From the IMG/VR virus record IMGVR_UViG_3300006104_000013, positions 35,553 through 99,552 of that record: a DNA stretch of 64,000 nucleotides; one strand, 5' to 3'. The position numbers were made by a program, and so were the translations under genes. Numbering within the stretch: the first letter of the stretch is position 1; every line of letters starts with the position of its first letter. This DNA comes from a virus. Under the pieces are notes generated by a model. It was not told where the DNA came from and did no database searches. It saw only the letters and a list, made by a program, of their open reading frames with translations. Below, in pieces: positions 47,670 through 57,800 of the stretch.

Positions 47670-48109
47670 TTGGAGAGCTCCTTAGCAAGTGAATAGACCG
47701 CCTCACGCTGCGACGGTGATTTGATCGCGTGAAATGCGCGGACGAGCTCAAGAGTCACGCGGCGCAAAGTCGGGTCGAGTTCACCAACATCGACAGACCC
47801 GCCGGACGTTTTCGCAGGACTATTATCCTTCGTCACGTCGGCCATGTCATCAAAGAAGGCGGAAACGGGCTTGTCGAGAGCAGAGCTCATATCGTAGAGG
47901 CGCGATGCGCTGATGCGGTTTGAACCGCGCTCATACTTTTGGACCTGCTGAAATGTAATGCCAAGTCGTTCGGCAAGAGCTTCTTGGCTTAGGCCAGCGA
48001 TGCTCCGGAACAGACGGACCCGACGGCCGACATGAACGTCTATCGGGTTGGGAGAGCCATCATTAAGACGGCCGCGCTGCCTTTTGCGCGATCCAATTCC
48101 TTTTTCCAC
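47666..48109 (-). CDS. XRE-family HTH regulator (alphaproteobacterial type)
   Basis: PNPIDVHVGRRVR...SQE.LA..LGITFQQVQKYERGSNRISASRL; GTG start with RBS AGGAG. Confidence 0.9.
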   Translation of the reverse strand: MEKGIGSRKRQRGRLNDGSPNPIDVHVGRRVRLFRSIAGLSQEALAERLGITFQQVQKYERGSNRISASRLYDMSSALDKPVSAFFDDMADVTKDNSPAKTSGGSVDVGELDPTLRRVTLELVRAFHAIKSPSQREAVYSLAKELSK

Positions 48110-48143
48110 AATCGTAACTCCTGATTTCGTTCTCAATGGATGT

Positions 48144-48210
48144 AGGCTAACCGATAAAATAAAACTGTGCAAGCACAAAAAACCCATTTTATGGGTGCGC
48201 ATTTTAATGC
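48144..48210 (-). promoter_or_regulatory. leftward promoter with adjacent palindromes (operators?)
   Basis: TTGCAC-17-TAGCCT (48172-48144); palindromes TGTGC-AA-GCACA, ACCCAT-TTT-ATGGGT, GCATT-TT-AATGC. Confidence 0.5.
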
Positions 48211-48518
48211 TAGAATCCTGAGAGATTTATGGTTAAATCGGTTTTTGAAGGGGGATGGGATTTTCCTTGGTGGCCACAAACCACGGTTTCCACATAAATA
48301 TGCTGCTGATGCTAAACACAGGGACCTTCGTACTATCATTACTCTGTGGTCTGACTCTTTCATCGGGAGATGGTGTCATGACAGGTCAAGCCCGACCGTC
48401 CCAGCAAAAGAATATCGAGTAATCAGCGGAAGGTATGGCGGCTGGAAATTGGGGATGCCGGAATGAGCCGGTTGACCTGAGATCTGGCCGTCGCTCTCTC
48501 AATCCAAAGGAAAACAAT

Positions 48519-48983
48519 ATGGCGGTAGTGTTCCAACATGAGACGACGGTCTCTATACAAGCGTGTCAGGACGGCGGGGCGGACCCCCTTGAAGTAAATG
48601 TTCGGCTAAATTTGCGCGGCAGTCAGGGGCGTCGCGGACGTTTTTATGGCGAACCTGGAGACTGCTATCCCAGCGAGGATGCAGAAATAGACCTACTCAG
48701 CGTTGACATCGAAAGCAATCAAGTCTGTCCGAGATGCGAGGGGGCTGGACAAGTCTTCTGCGACTCCGCGCCGTCAGACACGACAACGATCATCTGTTCG
48801 ATGTGTCGTGGAAAGGGGCGCTATACGTCATATCGCCCATCCACACCGGAAGATTACGCTATCGTCAGCGCTGCCCTTACCTTTACACAAGACAAGGGCA
48901 ATTGGGCCGCTATAGGGGAATCCCTCGACGAGCAAATTGTTGGGGACCGAGAATATTTTGCTGAGCTCCGGAGGGACGCATGA
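48519..48983 (+). CDS. hypothetical protein with CxxCxGxG Zn-finger repeats
   Basis: CPRCEGAG, CSMCRGKG; RBS AAGGA. Confidence 0.65.
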   Translation: MAVVFQHETTVSIQACQDGGADPLEVNVRLNLRGSQGRRGRFYGEPGDCYPSEDAEIDLLSVDIESNQVCPRCEGAGQVFCDSAPSDTTTIICSMCRGKGRYTSYRPSTPEDYAIVSAALTFTQDKGNWAAIGESLDEQIVGDREYFAELRRDA

Positions 48984-49389
48984 AGAATCACTATATTCCT
49001 TCAGTGGTGGACTGCCACACGCACTCGACTCTGGCCAGATTGTGGGCTGACACGAATGGCCGTAAGCCAATGACAGACTCCGAGATCGAGAAATCAAGGT
49101 GGTGCGGTGAGTGCCCGGTTCGTCGCCAGTAAGTTCTATGATTCCTACTGGAAAAACCTCAAGAAAGGGATTTCTGTAGATCCGCGTTCCCTCCTAATTC
49201 CGGGGGCCAGATGGACTCCCGGATGCTGGTCGCCATCACGCTGCGAATGGTATCGGCAGGCCAGCCCGGAAGTCCAGTTGGAAATCATGGCCTGGATCTC
49301 AAAGGAAGGTGAGCGAAAAAAATGCCACAGAACGCACCTTCCTGATAATCTGAAGTTGACCTCTGTACCAAATGATGGGACGATAAAAG

Positions 49390-49587
49390 ATGTTGAACGC
49401 TTATCTAAAGACATGGATGTCGGAAAACAAGAAGCCGCTGCAATGGCTGGCTGACGGTTTGAATTTGTCCAGACATACGGTAAAGAAATGGGGGACTATC
49501 CCCCCAGAGTATTGTGTTGCTATTGAAAAAATGACCAATGGCAATGTTACGCGGTATCAACTTCGACCTGATGTTTTTGGAGATTAA
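49390..49587 (+). CDS. Cro/YdaS-like HTH regulator
   Basis: LA..L.LS..TV.KW..IP.E....IE..T.G.VT...LRPDVF. Confidence 0.85.
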   Translation: MLNAYLKTWMSENKKPLQWLADGLNLSRHTVKKWGTIPPEYCVAIEKMTNGNVTRYQLRPDVFGD

Positions 49588-49589
49588 CT

Positions 49590-49850
49590 ATGAATGAAGA
49601 AAGTACAAACACGATCGGCGGGATCGCTGCCGATGCATTGAAACAGTGCATTGATCGGGTGGAGCGCCTCGAAGAAGAGAAAAAGGGAATCACGTCTGGT
49701 ATCAAGGACGTCTATGCGCAGTCCAAGTCCCAGGGCTTTGACCCCAAGATAGTCCGAAAGATCGTCTCGTTGCGAAAGATCGAGCGCAGCGAACGTGAAG
49801 AGCAAGACCAGCTCACCGAGCTGTACATGGCAGCGTTGGGGATGTCGTAA
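49590..49850 (+). CDS. gapR: GapR / DUF2312 nucleoid-associated protein homologue
   Basis: L...IDRVERLEEEKKGI...IKDVYA..K..GFD.K.VRKIV.LRK....R.EQ....ELY..ALG. Confidence 0.9.
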   Translation: MNEESTNTIGGIAADALKQCIDRVERLEEEKKGITSGIKDVYAQSKSQGFDPKIVRKIVSLRKIERSEREEQDQLTELYMAALGMS

Positions 49851-49852
49851 TC

Positions 49853-50251
49853 ATGGATGATACAAACGGAAACCTGCCGACCATTCTGCGCGGCATCACC
49901 GATGCTATTCAGATGTGCCATGGGGCATCTAAGACTGCCGGATGGTGGACAAACCTTGCTACCGGTGAAAGCACAGTCGGCACCCGCAACAAAGGGGAGC
50001 TCTTGATGCTGATCGTCTCCGAAGTCGCCGAGGCGATGGAAGGGGAACGGAAGAATCGGATGGATGACCATCTACCCCACCGTAAAATGGTCGAGGTCGA
50101 ACTGGCAGATGCCATTATCCGAATCTTTGACTATGCGGGGGCTTTCAATCTTGATTTGGCCGGGGCAATGCTGGAAAAGCTGGCATACAACGCCAGCAGA
50201 GCCGATCACAAAATCGAGAGCAGACTCTTGGACGATGGAAAGAAGTTCTAG
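49853..50251 (+). CDS. MazG-like NTP pyrophosphohydrolase
   Basis: LMLIVSEVAEAMEG.RK..EVELADA.IRIFD. Confidence 0.85.
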   Translation: MDDTNGNLPTILRGITDAIQMCHGASKTAGWWTNLATGESTVGTRNKGELLMLIVSEVAEAMEGERKNRMDDHLPHRKMVEVELADAIIRIFDYAGAFNLDLAGAMLEKLAYNASRADHKIESRLLDDGKKF

Positions 50252-50634
50252 TGCTTAGACCTGAACAACAGCTTCAGATCCTCGTCGTTCAGTACCTGGA
50301 GTTGATCGAGAAGACGACTCCGGGTTTTCTGTTTTTCCACACCCCCAATGGCGGCGGCCGGTCGAAGGTCGAGGGGGGGATTCTCAAGGCGATGGGGGTG
50401 AAGTCCGGGGTGCTGGACATCCAAATCCTGTTCAACGGACAGCCATATTTCATCGAGATGAAAAAACCGAGGGTGATGCTCCCATCTGGGAAGATGTCGA
50501 AGTCAGAAGAGAAACCGTCCGACTCTCAGGAGGCCTTCATGGAGAAGCTCGACAAGCAGGGCATCCCATGGGCCGTTTGCCGGTCGCTGGAGGACGTTCA
50601 GGATGCCCTCCGGCGATGGAAGATGATCCGCTAA
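50251..50634 (+). CDS. VRR-NUC-like nuclease
   Basis: FH.PNGG.R..EG..LK.MGV..GV.D...FIEMK. Confidence 0.85.
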   Translation: MLRPEQQLQILVVQYLELIEKTTPGFLFFHTPNGGGRSKVEGGILKAMGVKSGVLDIQILFNGQPYFIEMKKPRVMLPSGKMSKSEEKPSDSQEAFMEKLDKQGIPWAVCRSLEDVQDALRRWKMIR

Positions 50635-50888
50635 TCAAAGTCCCGATCCAGAATGCCGTCCCCTTGAAAATCCAACATCGCCCTGGTCTTCTTAGGGCCA
50701 CGCGGCAGGCAGCCACAGCTCTTTTTCTGCCCCTTCTTGAGGTGCGCCGAGTCGGCCACCGTTTCCTTCCCACACCCGCATTTACAGATCCAGAGGGTGT
50801 CCTTCCCTCTGCGCTCTAAAAACCGCAGGACGGTCAGGCCGCCGAACCGCTTCCCAGTCAGGTCGAAGATTTTCTTGGTGCCGGTCAC
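50631..50888 (-). CDS. stand-alone Zn-binding domain of HNH/AP2-type endonucleases
   Basis: DLTGKRFG.LTV...W.CKCGCG...L..G...SCGC; no nuclease domain. Confidence 0.6.
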   Translation of the reverse strand: MTGTKKIFDLTGKRFGGLTVLRFLERRGKDTLWICKCGCGKETVADSAHLKKGQKKSCGCLPRGPKKTRAMLDFQGDGILDRDFD

Positions 50889-51676
50889 AGCATTTTCCCC
50901 TGCTTCGGGGCGTCCAGTCCGAGCTTCTTGGCGATTACCGCCAGCGCCTCGAACGAGCACAGGACTTCCTGCCGGTGCTTTTCGACCATAATGCCGCCCG
51001 CACTTTTCGACCGGACGTAATAAGGCACGATCCGGTGCTTGAGCAGCTTGCGGTTCACCATCGTCTGGTGGGCGTAGGTCTCGCCATTGCGTTCGTAGAT
51101 CATTTTGGCGGCGATCATGCGGTCGCGCAGCTTGCGCGGTCCCTGGTCGAGGTTCTTGGCCAACTGGGCGATTGTCAGCCACCCGTCTTCGCCGACGATG
51201 GCGTCGAGGATATTGGCCTTCGGCTCCAGCTTGGCCACCTTGGCGGTCTTAACGGCCAGTTCAGCGGTGAGGCGCTTCTTGTCTTCGGCGTAGGCCGTCA
51301 GCAGGGGTAGAAGGTGGTCAGGATTGCGGAAGTCGATCTGCGGAGTCGCCTTGAGGGCCTCTTCCATGGCGTTGAACCTGGAGATATATGCGATTTTGAA
51401 TTTAAGGGCATCTTCTCCCGTGAATCCCATGACCAGGATGGCGAACCCGTCCTTCGTCATATCGTAACTCGCTATCGACGCGCCGGTTAAGTCATTGATA
51501 TATATCGGTCGAAAATTTGGCGCGAGGTCGTCCGGTGATTTCGCAATAAGATTTTTGATTGCCTCATGGACGTGCTTCGGTTCCTTTTTGAAGATGGCCG
51601 TCACTTCCCGGCTGTTCGTAAATACCTTTCCGTCACGGACAAAGACGGTCTGATCAATCTGCTCCAAATCATGCAT
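50885..51676 (-). CDS. Rha-family regulator with antirepressor-type C-terminus
   Basis: T.SREV...F.K..KHV...I..L, Y.MTKDGF..LVMGFTG..A..FK..YI..FN.ME; LEPKA...D. Confidence 0.9.
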   Translation of the reverse strand: MHDLEQIDQTVFVRDGKVFTNSREVTAIFKKEPKHVHEAIKNLIAKSPDDLAPNFRPIYINDLTGASIASYDMTKDGFAILVMGFTGEDALKFKIAYISRFNAMEEALKATPQIDFRNPDHLLPLLTAYAEDKKRLTAELAVKTAKVAKLEPKANILDAIVGEDGWLTIAQLAKNLDQGPRKLRDRMIAAKMIYERNGETYAHQTMVNRKLLKHRIVPYYVRSKSAGGIMVEKHRQEVLCSFEALAVIAKKLGLDAPKQGKML

Positions 51677-51762
51677 TTTATATGACTCCGTTGTTGACTG
51701 CTCACTATGTAAACATATAACGTAACCCACAGCAAGCATTTTACAACACAAGGTAAACTTCA

Positions 51763-51921
51763 ATGGGCGATCTAAAGGTCACTTACTCGTTCCGAGTTCC
51801 GACAGAATACAAAACCGCGATGGTGAAGGCGGCCAAGGCCCTCGACCAGACGCCGTCAAAACTCCTGATGATCATCCTGCGGGACTGGTTGATCAGGAAC
51901 CGGTATCTGGATGAGATGTAG
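51763..51921 (+). CDS. ribbon-helix-helix repressor (Arc/CopG-like)
   Basis: 52-aa ORF absent from track: MGDLKVTYSFRVPTEYKTAMVKAAKALDQTPSKLLMIILRDWL...; divergent from rha. Confidence 0.7.
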   Translation: MGDLKVTYSFRVPTEYKTAMVKAAKALDQTPSKLLMIILRDWLIRNRYLDEM

Positions 51922-52197
51922 TTTTTTAAATCTGGGTCTCCTCAAAATTGAGGACACCCCCATCAACAAAGGAAAAATCAATGAGCGACCAGAAATACAT
52001 CTGCATGGAAGGTGGTGGAGGTCTCGCTGGCGTCGATGGACTCCGGGATGCAGGTTGTCTGCCGACCGTCATGCTCGAACTGGAAGCTCTGATCGGTCTG
52101 GAATACGTCGATGACGAGGGGGAAGCGGAGTCGCCGTAGTTGACTATTTGATCCACGTCGGTTAGTTACAACTGCCGTGGATCAAAAACAGGAGCCT

Positions 52198-52677
52198 ATG
52201 ATGTCAGGTAAAAACTCCAGAAGGGGTGGCGGGAAGGGGTTGGCGTTCATAAAGAAATCAATTTCTGAGCCGACGAACGAATGTATCGAGTGGCCATATT
52301 ACCGAATGAAAAACGGATACGGACAACTCGGAACACATTTGGGAATGTCTCTGGCTCACAGAGTCGCGTGTGCGATGTTCTACGGCCCCCCACCTGATGA
52401 TAAGCCGCAAGCCGCACATATTTGTGGAAATAGGGGGTGTGTAAACCCTCTCCACCTCCGCTGGTCTAACCAATCAGAGAATGAACTTGATAAGCTCGGA
52501 CACGGGACTTGGTTTACTAGATTTGGTGGCGCAAAAGTAAATGACGATTTGGTGCGAAAGCTAAGGGCTGAAAGGGATTCTGGCATTCCAAACCGTGACC
52601 TCGCGAGGATTTATGGGATACCAAAATCAACTGTGAACAAAATTGTCAACAGAATCACATGGAAGCACGTCAAATGA
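52198..52677 (+). CDS. HNH endonuclease with C-terminal HTH
   Basis: CIEWP...GYG...AHR..C...AAHICGNRGCVNP.HLRW...EN. Confidence 0.85.
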   Translation: MMSGKNSRRGGGKGLAFIKKSISEPTNECIEWPYYRMKNGYGQLGTHLGMSLAHRVACAMFYGPPPDDKPQAAHICGNRGCVNPLHLRWSNQSENELDKLGHGTWFTRFGGAKVNDDLVRKLRAERDSGIPNRDLARIYGIPKSTVNKIVNRITWKHVK

Positions 52678-53234
52678 TTGAATTACCTCGTGGACCTTAC
52701 AGTGTCATCCTGGCCGACCCGGCTTGGGCCTTCAAAACCAGATCAGAAAAGGGAAAGGGGAAGTCCCCGGAGCAGCACTATAGCTGCATGACGATCGACG
52801 ACATTGCGGCACTCCCCGTTGCCGACATCGCGGCCAACGACGCCAGCTTGTTCCTGTGGGTGACGTGGCCCCTGATTTTTCAGGTCGAGCGCATCATTAA
52901 GGCGTGGGGGTTTGAGTATTCCGGGTTGGCGTGGGAATGGCTCAAATACAATCCGAAGACCAAGAAATATGCCTTTGGGACGGGGTACGGAACTCGGAAA
53001 AATGTCGAGCCCTGCCTACTGTGCCGCCGAGGGAAGCCCAAGCTGTTGAGCCGGTCGGTGCGCGATTTTATCCTCTCTCCCCGCCGTAAACATTCCCAAA
53101 AACCTGACGAGCAGTATGACCGGATCGAGGAAATGTTCGACGGCCCCTACCTCGAAATGTTCGCCAGATCAACTCGTCTTGGGTGGGACGCCTGGGGAAA
53201 TCAGGTTGGGCTCTTGGATGGAGATGGAGCATGA
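52674..53234 (+). CDS. MT-A70 family adenine methyltransferase
   Basis: ILADPAW, LFLW, WGF.Y, E.CL...RG.P, HSQKP, LEMFAR, GWDAWGNQ. Confidence 0.9.
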   Translation: MIELPRGPYSVILADPAWAFKTRSEKGKGKSPEQHYSCMTIDDIAALPVADIAANDASLFLWVTWPLIFQVERIIKAWGFEYSGLAWEWLKYNPKTKKYAFGTGYGTRKNVEPCLLCRRGKPKLLSRSVRDFILSPRRKHSQKPDEQYDRIEEMFDGPYLEMFARSTRLGWDAWGNQVGLLDGDGA

Positions 53235-53645
53235 CGGCCGCCATCATCACGATGATCAAACATAAATTCCGGCGGTGGCGTCTGTCTATCCTGCGCTCCC
53301 TCATCCTGGCCGAGCCAGAATCTGAACAGGTACGCATTCTCAGAATGTGGATGGAAGAGGAGCGCACATGAACAAGAAGCGTCACCTCACCTTTGCGGAG
53401 GCCATGGACCTCTGGAGAGATGACATAAAGGACATTAAATCAGGCACTTATGTCGCGCCAGCGCCGCACCCAGATTCGGTCCGCGCTGCCGAATACGTCC
53501 CTGACCAGCGGTATGTGCGCCAAAAGAGTCCGACTCTGGATGAGAGATTCGGGGAATCCCCCAAAAAAGGGGTTGCCGACCAGTCCAAGAATGGATAGAA
53601 AAAATTGTTGCCGGTTTGGCCGCCGGTGACATGGGCGGGTTAATC

Positions 53646-53674
53646 TTGACGACTCAGAACGTCAATGTTACCCG
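53646..53674 (+). promoter_or_regulatory. promoter overlapped by palindrome TTGACG-N8-CGTCAA
   Basis: TTGACG-17-TACCCG upstream of replication genes. Confidence 0.45.
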
Positions 53675-53722
53675 CCCGCCCCTTCCCTGTCGTTCAGCGG
53701 GGAGTTTCTGAGAGGAGAAAAC

Positions 53723-54577
53723 ATGACGCACGATATTCGTATATCCACCACATTTATGTCCAATCCGAAAACCGTTAAGCTCATTCGTCGCTGCGGTAAG
53801 TGTGCTCCCTTAAATTTGATCCAGCTATGGTTGAGCGCAGCCGAGAGCCGCCCACTGGGAAGGCTGACAAAATGGGATGCGGAGGACGTCGCTATCGCCA
53901 GCGGGTGGGAGTCTGACCCAGACACATGGGTTAAATGCCTGATAGAAATAGGTTTTGTTGACCTTATCGAAGAAGAAGACTGCTCGTATCAACTTCACGA
54001 CTGGGAGCGTCATAACCCTTTTGTGTTCCATGCAGAAGAGCGCTCTGAACAAGCCAGGAATGCCGCAAAGAAGCGTTGGGGAAAGCGGATTGATGCTGTT
54101 AGTAATGCTGTCAGCATAAGTGAGCAATGCGATACGCAAGAAAACAGCAATGCCCCATATCCTAATCCTAATCCTAATCCTAATCCTAAACATAAAGAGG
54201 GGCCTTCGGCTGAACCAACGACCAAATATGCTTTTGATGGCAAAGTCATCCGCCTGACCGAAAGGGACCATGACAGGTGGAAAAAATCATTCTCGAACAT
54301 CAACCTCGATTCCGTTCTGGAGAGCCGTGACGCTTGGCTGTCAGAGCAACCAGCAGCAGATCGGAAAAAATGGTTTCAGACGACCGCCGCCTATCTTGCA
54401 AACAAAGATACCGAGGCGTTGGCCAGCAAACCACCGGCCTATGACGGGGAGCAACCGGAAGGGTTCATCCCACAGAAGCCAGGATTTTATTACGGGAAGG
54501 AATGGATTTACGACCCTAATATCCAAAAAATCAGACCAGTAAAGCGGCCGGGTGAACGCCCGATCCTGTTGGTGTAG
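53723..54577 (+). CDS. putative replication initiator protein
   Basis: PK...L..R, LW, GF.D...LHDW..HN N-domain; PNPNPNPNP linker; precedes primase. Confidence 0.6.
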   Translation: MTHDIRISTTFMSNPKTVKLIRRCGKCAPLNLIQLWLSAAESRPLGRLTKWDAEDVAIASGWESDPDTWVKCLIEIGFVDLIEEEDCSYQLHDWERHNPFVFHAEERSEQARNAAKKRWGKRIDAVSNAVSISEQCDTQENSNAPYPNPNPNPNPKHKEGPSAEPTTKYAFDGKVIRLTERDHDRWKKSFSNINLDSVLESRDAWLSEQPAADRKKWFQTTAAYLANKDTEALASKPPAYDGEQPEGFIPQKPGFYYGKEWIYDPNIQKIRPVKRPGERPILLV

Positions 54578-54579
54578 CC

Positions 54580-54876
54580 ATGGACGTCGGACACATCCTA
54601 TCCAGTCTTGGGATTCACCTAAAAAGCCACTCCCAGGGCACCCATCATTCGGTTTGCCCGCAGTGCAGCCACCTTCGGAAAAAGAAGACGCTGCAATGCC
54701 TTACGGTGACAATCGAGCCGGACATCATCCTCTGCAAGTGCCATCACTGCTCATGGTCTGGGGGCTGGCGCGGAGCCGGGGAACGCGAGGAATGGCGGCC
54801 ACCTCGGATGACCAAGAACGAATGGAAATTGAAGCGCGGAAAAGAATTTCGAGACAGAGTCAAAAGATCGTTTTAG
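54580..54876 (+). CDS. primase zinc-binding domain (stand-alone)
   Basis: CPQCSH.RKKK..CL.V...CHHC.W.G as in T7 gp4/Twinkle-type ZBD. Confidence 0.75.
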   Translation: MDVGHILSSLGIHLKSHSQGTHHSVCPQCSHLRKKKTLQCLTVTIEPDIILCKCHHCSWSGGWRGAGEREEWRPPRMTKNEWKLKRGKEFRDRVKRSF

Positions 54877-54885
54877 GGGGTAAGA

Positions 54886-57800
54886 ATGCTTTCAGGGGAT
54901 GTTATCGCAGCGATCGAGGCGAGGGGCCTTGATCCTGAATTGGTGGCCCGACTCGGGGTTGATGGGACGGACAAGCTGGATGGGGTGGCGATTGCGATCC
55001 CCTATTTTATGAATGGGCAGGTGGTCAACCACAAATACAGGACGCTGACCGGGGAAAAGCGCTTCATGCAGGACGCCAATTCGGTCAAGTGCTTCTGGAA
55101 CATCGATTGCCTTCGGGATGAAAATCTTGCCGATCAACCGCTGATCATCACGGAAGGCGAGTTCGACGCCATCGCCGCACTCCAGTCTGGATTTTTTCGG
55201 GTACTGTCCGTTCCGGACGGAGCCCCAAAGGAGGAGGTTGGCGACCAGGACTCCAAGAAATATTCCTACATCGACGACCGCTTCTATGAGGCGATCAAGG
55301 GAGTCCGGGAAATCATCTTGGCCGTCGATGGGGACGGGCCGGGCGCAAACCTGCTGAACGACCTCGCCCTCAAGCTGGGGAAAAGCCGCTGCAAGTGGGT
55401 CTCATACCCGAAAGGCTGCAAGGACCTGAACGATGCCCTCCGCAAATACGGCGTAAAGGGGGTAAAGATGACCATGGAGCGGGCTCAGTGGCTCCGGGTG
55501 GCTGGACTGTTCAGAATGAGCGAATTGCCGCCTGTGCCAGACGCTACGCCCCTTCCGTCGGGTATCCCAGGTCTGGAGGAGCATTTCAATCTCCGGATGG
55601 GCGATTTTACGGTCATCACCGGAATCCCTTCCCATGGCAAGGCGCTGTATATTGAAACCCCCATTCCGACTCCTTCCGGGTGGACAACAATGGGAGAACT
55701 TCGCGTAGGGGACGTTGTTTTTGGCGACGACGGAATTCCGTGCCGTGTGAAGCGCATAACGCCTGTGATGCATGACCACGACTGTTTTAAAATGATTTTT
55801 TCAGATGGAAGCGAGCTGATTGCGGACGCTGATCATCAATGGTTGACCAGCACAGATAAAGCGCGGAGAAGTGAGCGAGAGACGTTAAAAAAGCGCAACG
55901 GCAGGGAGGAGACTCTTCCAGGGGGGAGTGACCAGCGATGGAAAAGAACGTATCCGTCCGTCGTCACAACAAAAGAAATATCAACAACTCTTAGGGCGCA
56001 GGGAAAGTGGAATCACCAGATTCAAAACGCAAAACCTCTTTCCTTGCCGATGATGAATGTTCCGATTCCACCCTATACTCTTGGAGTATGGCTTGGTGAC
56101 GGATATTCTTCGTCAGGGGCTGTAACGTGCTTTGACCACGAAATTATTGACTGCGTTAGCGCTGATGGGGTCGTTGCTCGCGCAAGAAAGAATGATGAAA
56201 ATTCCTTCTGCTTGATTGGTATCCAGCCTGTTCTCCGTAAAATTGGAGTTTTAGGGAACAAGCATATCCCTGCATCATATCTCCGCTCGTCGGAAGAGCA
56301 GCGCCTAGAATTGCTTAAGGGGCTTATGGACACCGACGGTTATTGCGCAAAAGACGGGACTTGCGAAATAACCCTGACCAACCATCAATTGGCTATGGAT
56401 ACATACGAAGTTATTTGCAGCCTTGGCCTTCGTGCAAAATGGATGGAGGGAAGAGCCACCCTCAATGGCCGCGATATAAGTGCTAAATATCGCATTCAAT
56501 TTACCCCTCCGTATGCTGTTTTTAAGCTAAAGCGCAAGGCGAATCGCCAGAGATATTCCGGCCAAAACAGGGCGAAGACATCGTACAGAACCGTAATGGG
56601 ATGCGTTTCTGTCCCATCTGTTCCTGTTCGGTGCATCGAGGTAGACAGCCCATCCCATATGTTTTTGGCTGGTCGTGAAATGATCCCAACACATAACTCG
56701 TCTTTTGTGAACGATCTGGTCTGCCATTACGTCGAGCGCTACGGGTTCAACGTCACCTTTGCCTCGTTCGAGCAGCATCCCCAGCTCGACCACAAGCGCA
56801 ATCTGCGCCGCTGGCACGCCAAGGTGAAGGTCCATTCGGCGACTCGCGAGGAACTGGAGCTGGCCGACATCTGGATCGACCAGCACTTCAGCTTCATTGT
56901 CCCGGACGAAGACGAGGACGCGACTCTGGCGTGGTGCCTGGAGCGGTGCGCCGCGTCGGTCATCCAGCACGGCAGCAAGATCATCGTCATCGACCCATGG
57001 AACGAGATGGATCACATCAAGGCCCCGGACCAGAGTCTGACCGAATATGTGGGTTACGCGATCAAGCAGTTCAAAAAGTTCGCTCGGAAATACCATGTCC
57101 ATGTGATCGTCGTCGCCCACCCGGCCAAGCTGAAGCGTAAGGACGATGGCGAGTTTCCGATCCCTGATCTGTACGATATTTCCGACTGTTATTCGGACGA
57201 CACAGAGGCTTTAACCAAGCGCGGTTGGCTGCGTCACGAAGAAATGGTCGTCACCGACGAGGTTATGTGCTTTGACCTGGAGACCGGAGAAAACCGCTGG
57301 GAGAGTCCGGAGAGGATTGTCTGCCACGACTTCGATGGCGAGATGATGAATTTCGTGGGTTACGGATACGACCTGCTGGTGAGTCCAAACCACAGGATGG
57401 TCATCAAGCCGGACTGGAAAGAGCCTGTCGGAGATGGATCTGGCCGTGGCCGTCCGGTGAAATACCAGAAGGGGGTCTGGGGCTTTGAGACCGCCTCACG
57501 CCTTCCGAAAGCGCCGTTCACACTCCCAAAGGCAGGGACTCCGGTGGACGGAGACGATCCGGATCTTCTGACGATCGATGGGAAGGTAATTCCTGCCCTG
57601 GAGTTCGCCGAATTCATGGGACTCTGGGTTGCCGAGGGCTGCTGGCAAAGCAGTGGTATCAGCATGTGCCAAAAAGAAGGGCCGGTCGCCGATCGTATCG
57701 ACCATTTGATCGAGGCGTTAGGGTTCTCGGCCACACGGGCTGTTCATTACGACAAGCGGGGGCTCCTGCCGATCGTGACGTGGTATTTCGGCGTCAGAGA

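Noticed and set aside
54161-54187. (CCTAAT)n microsatellite
   Set aside because: Encodes the PNPNP linker common in phage replication proteins; in-frame unit, no evidence of phase variation
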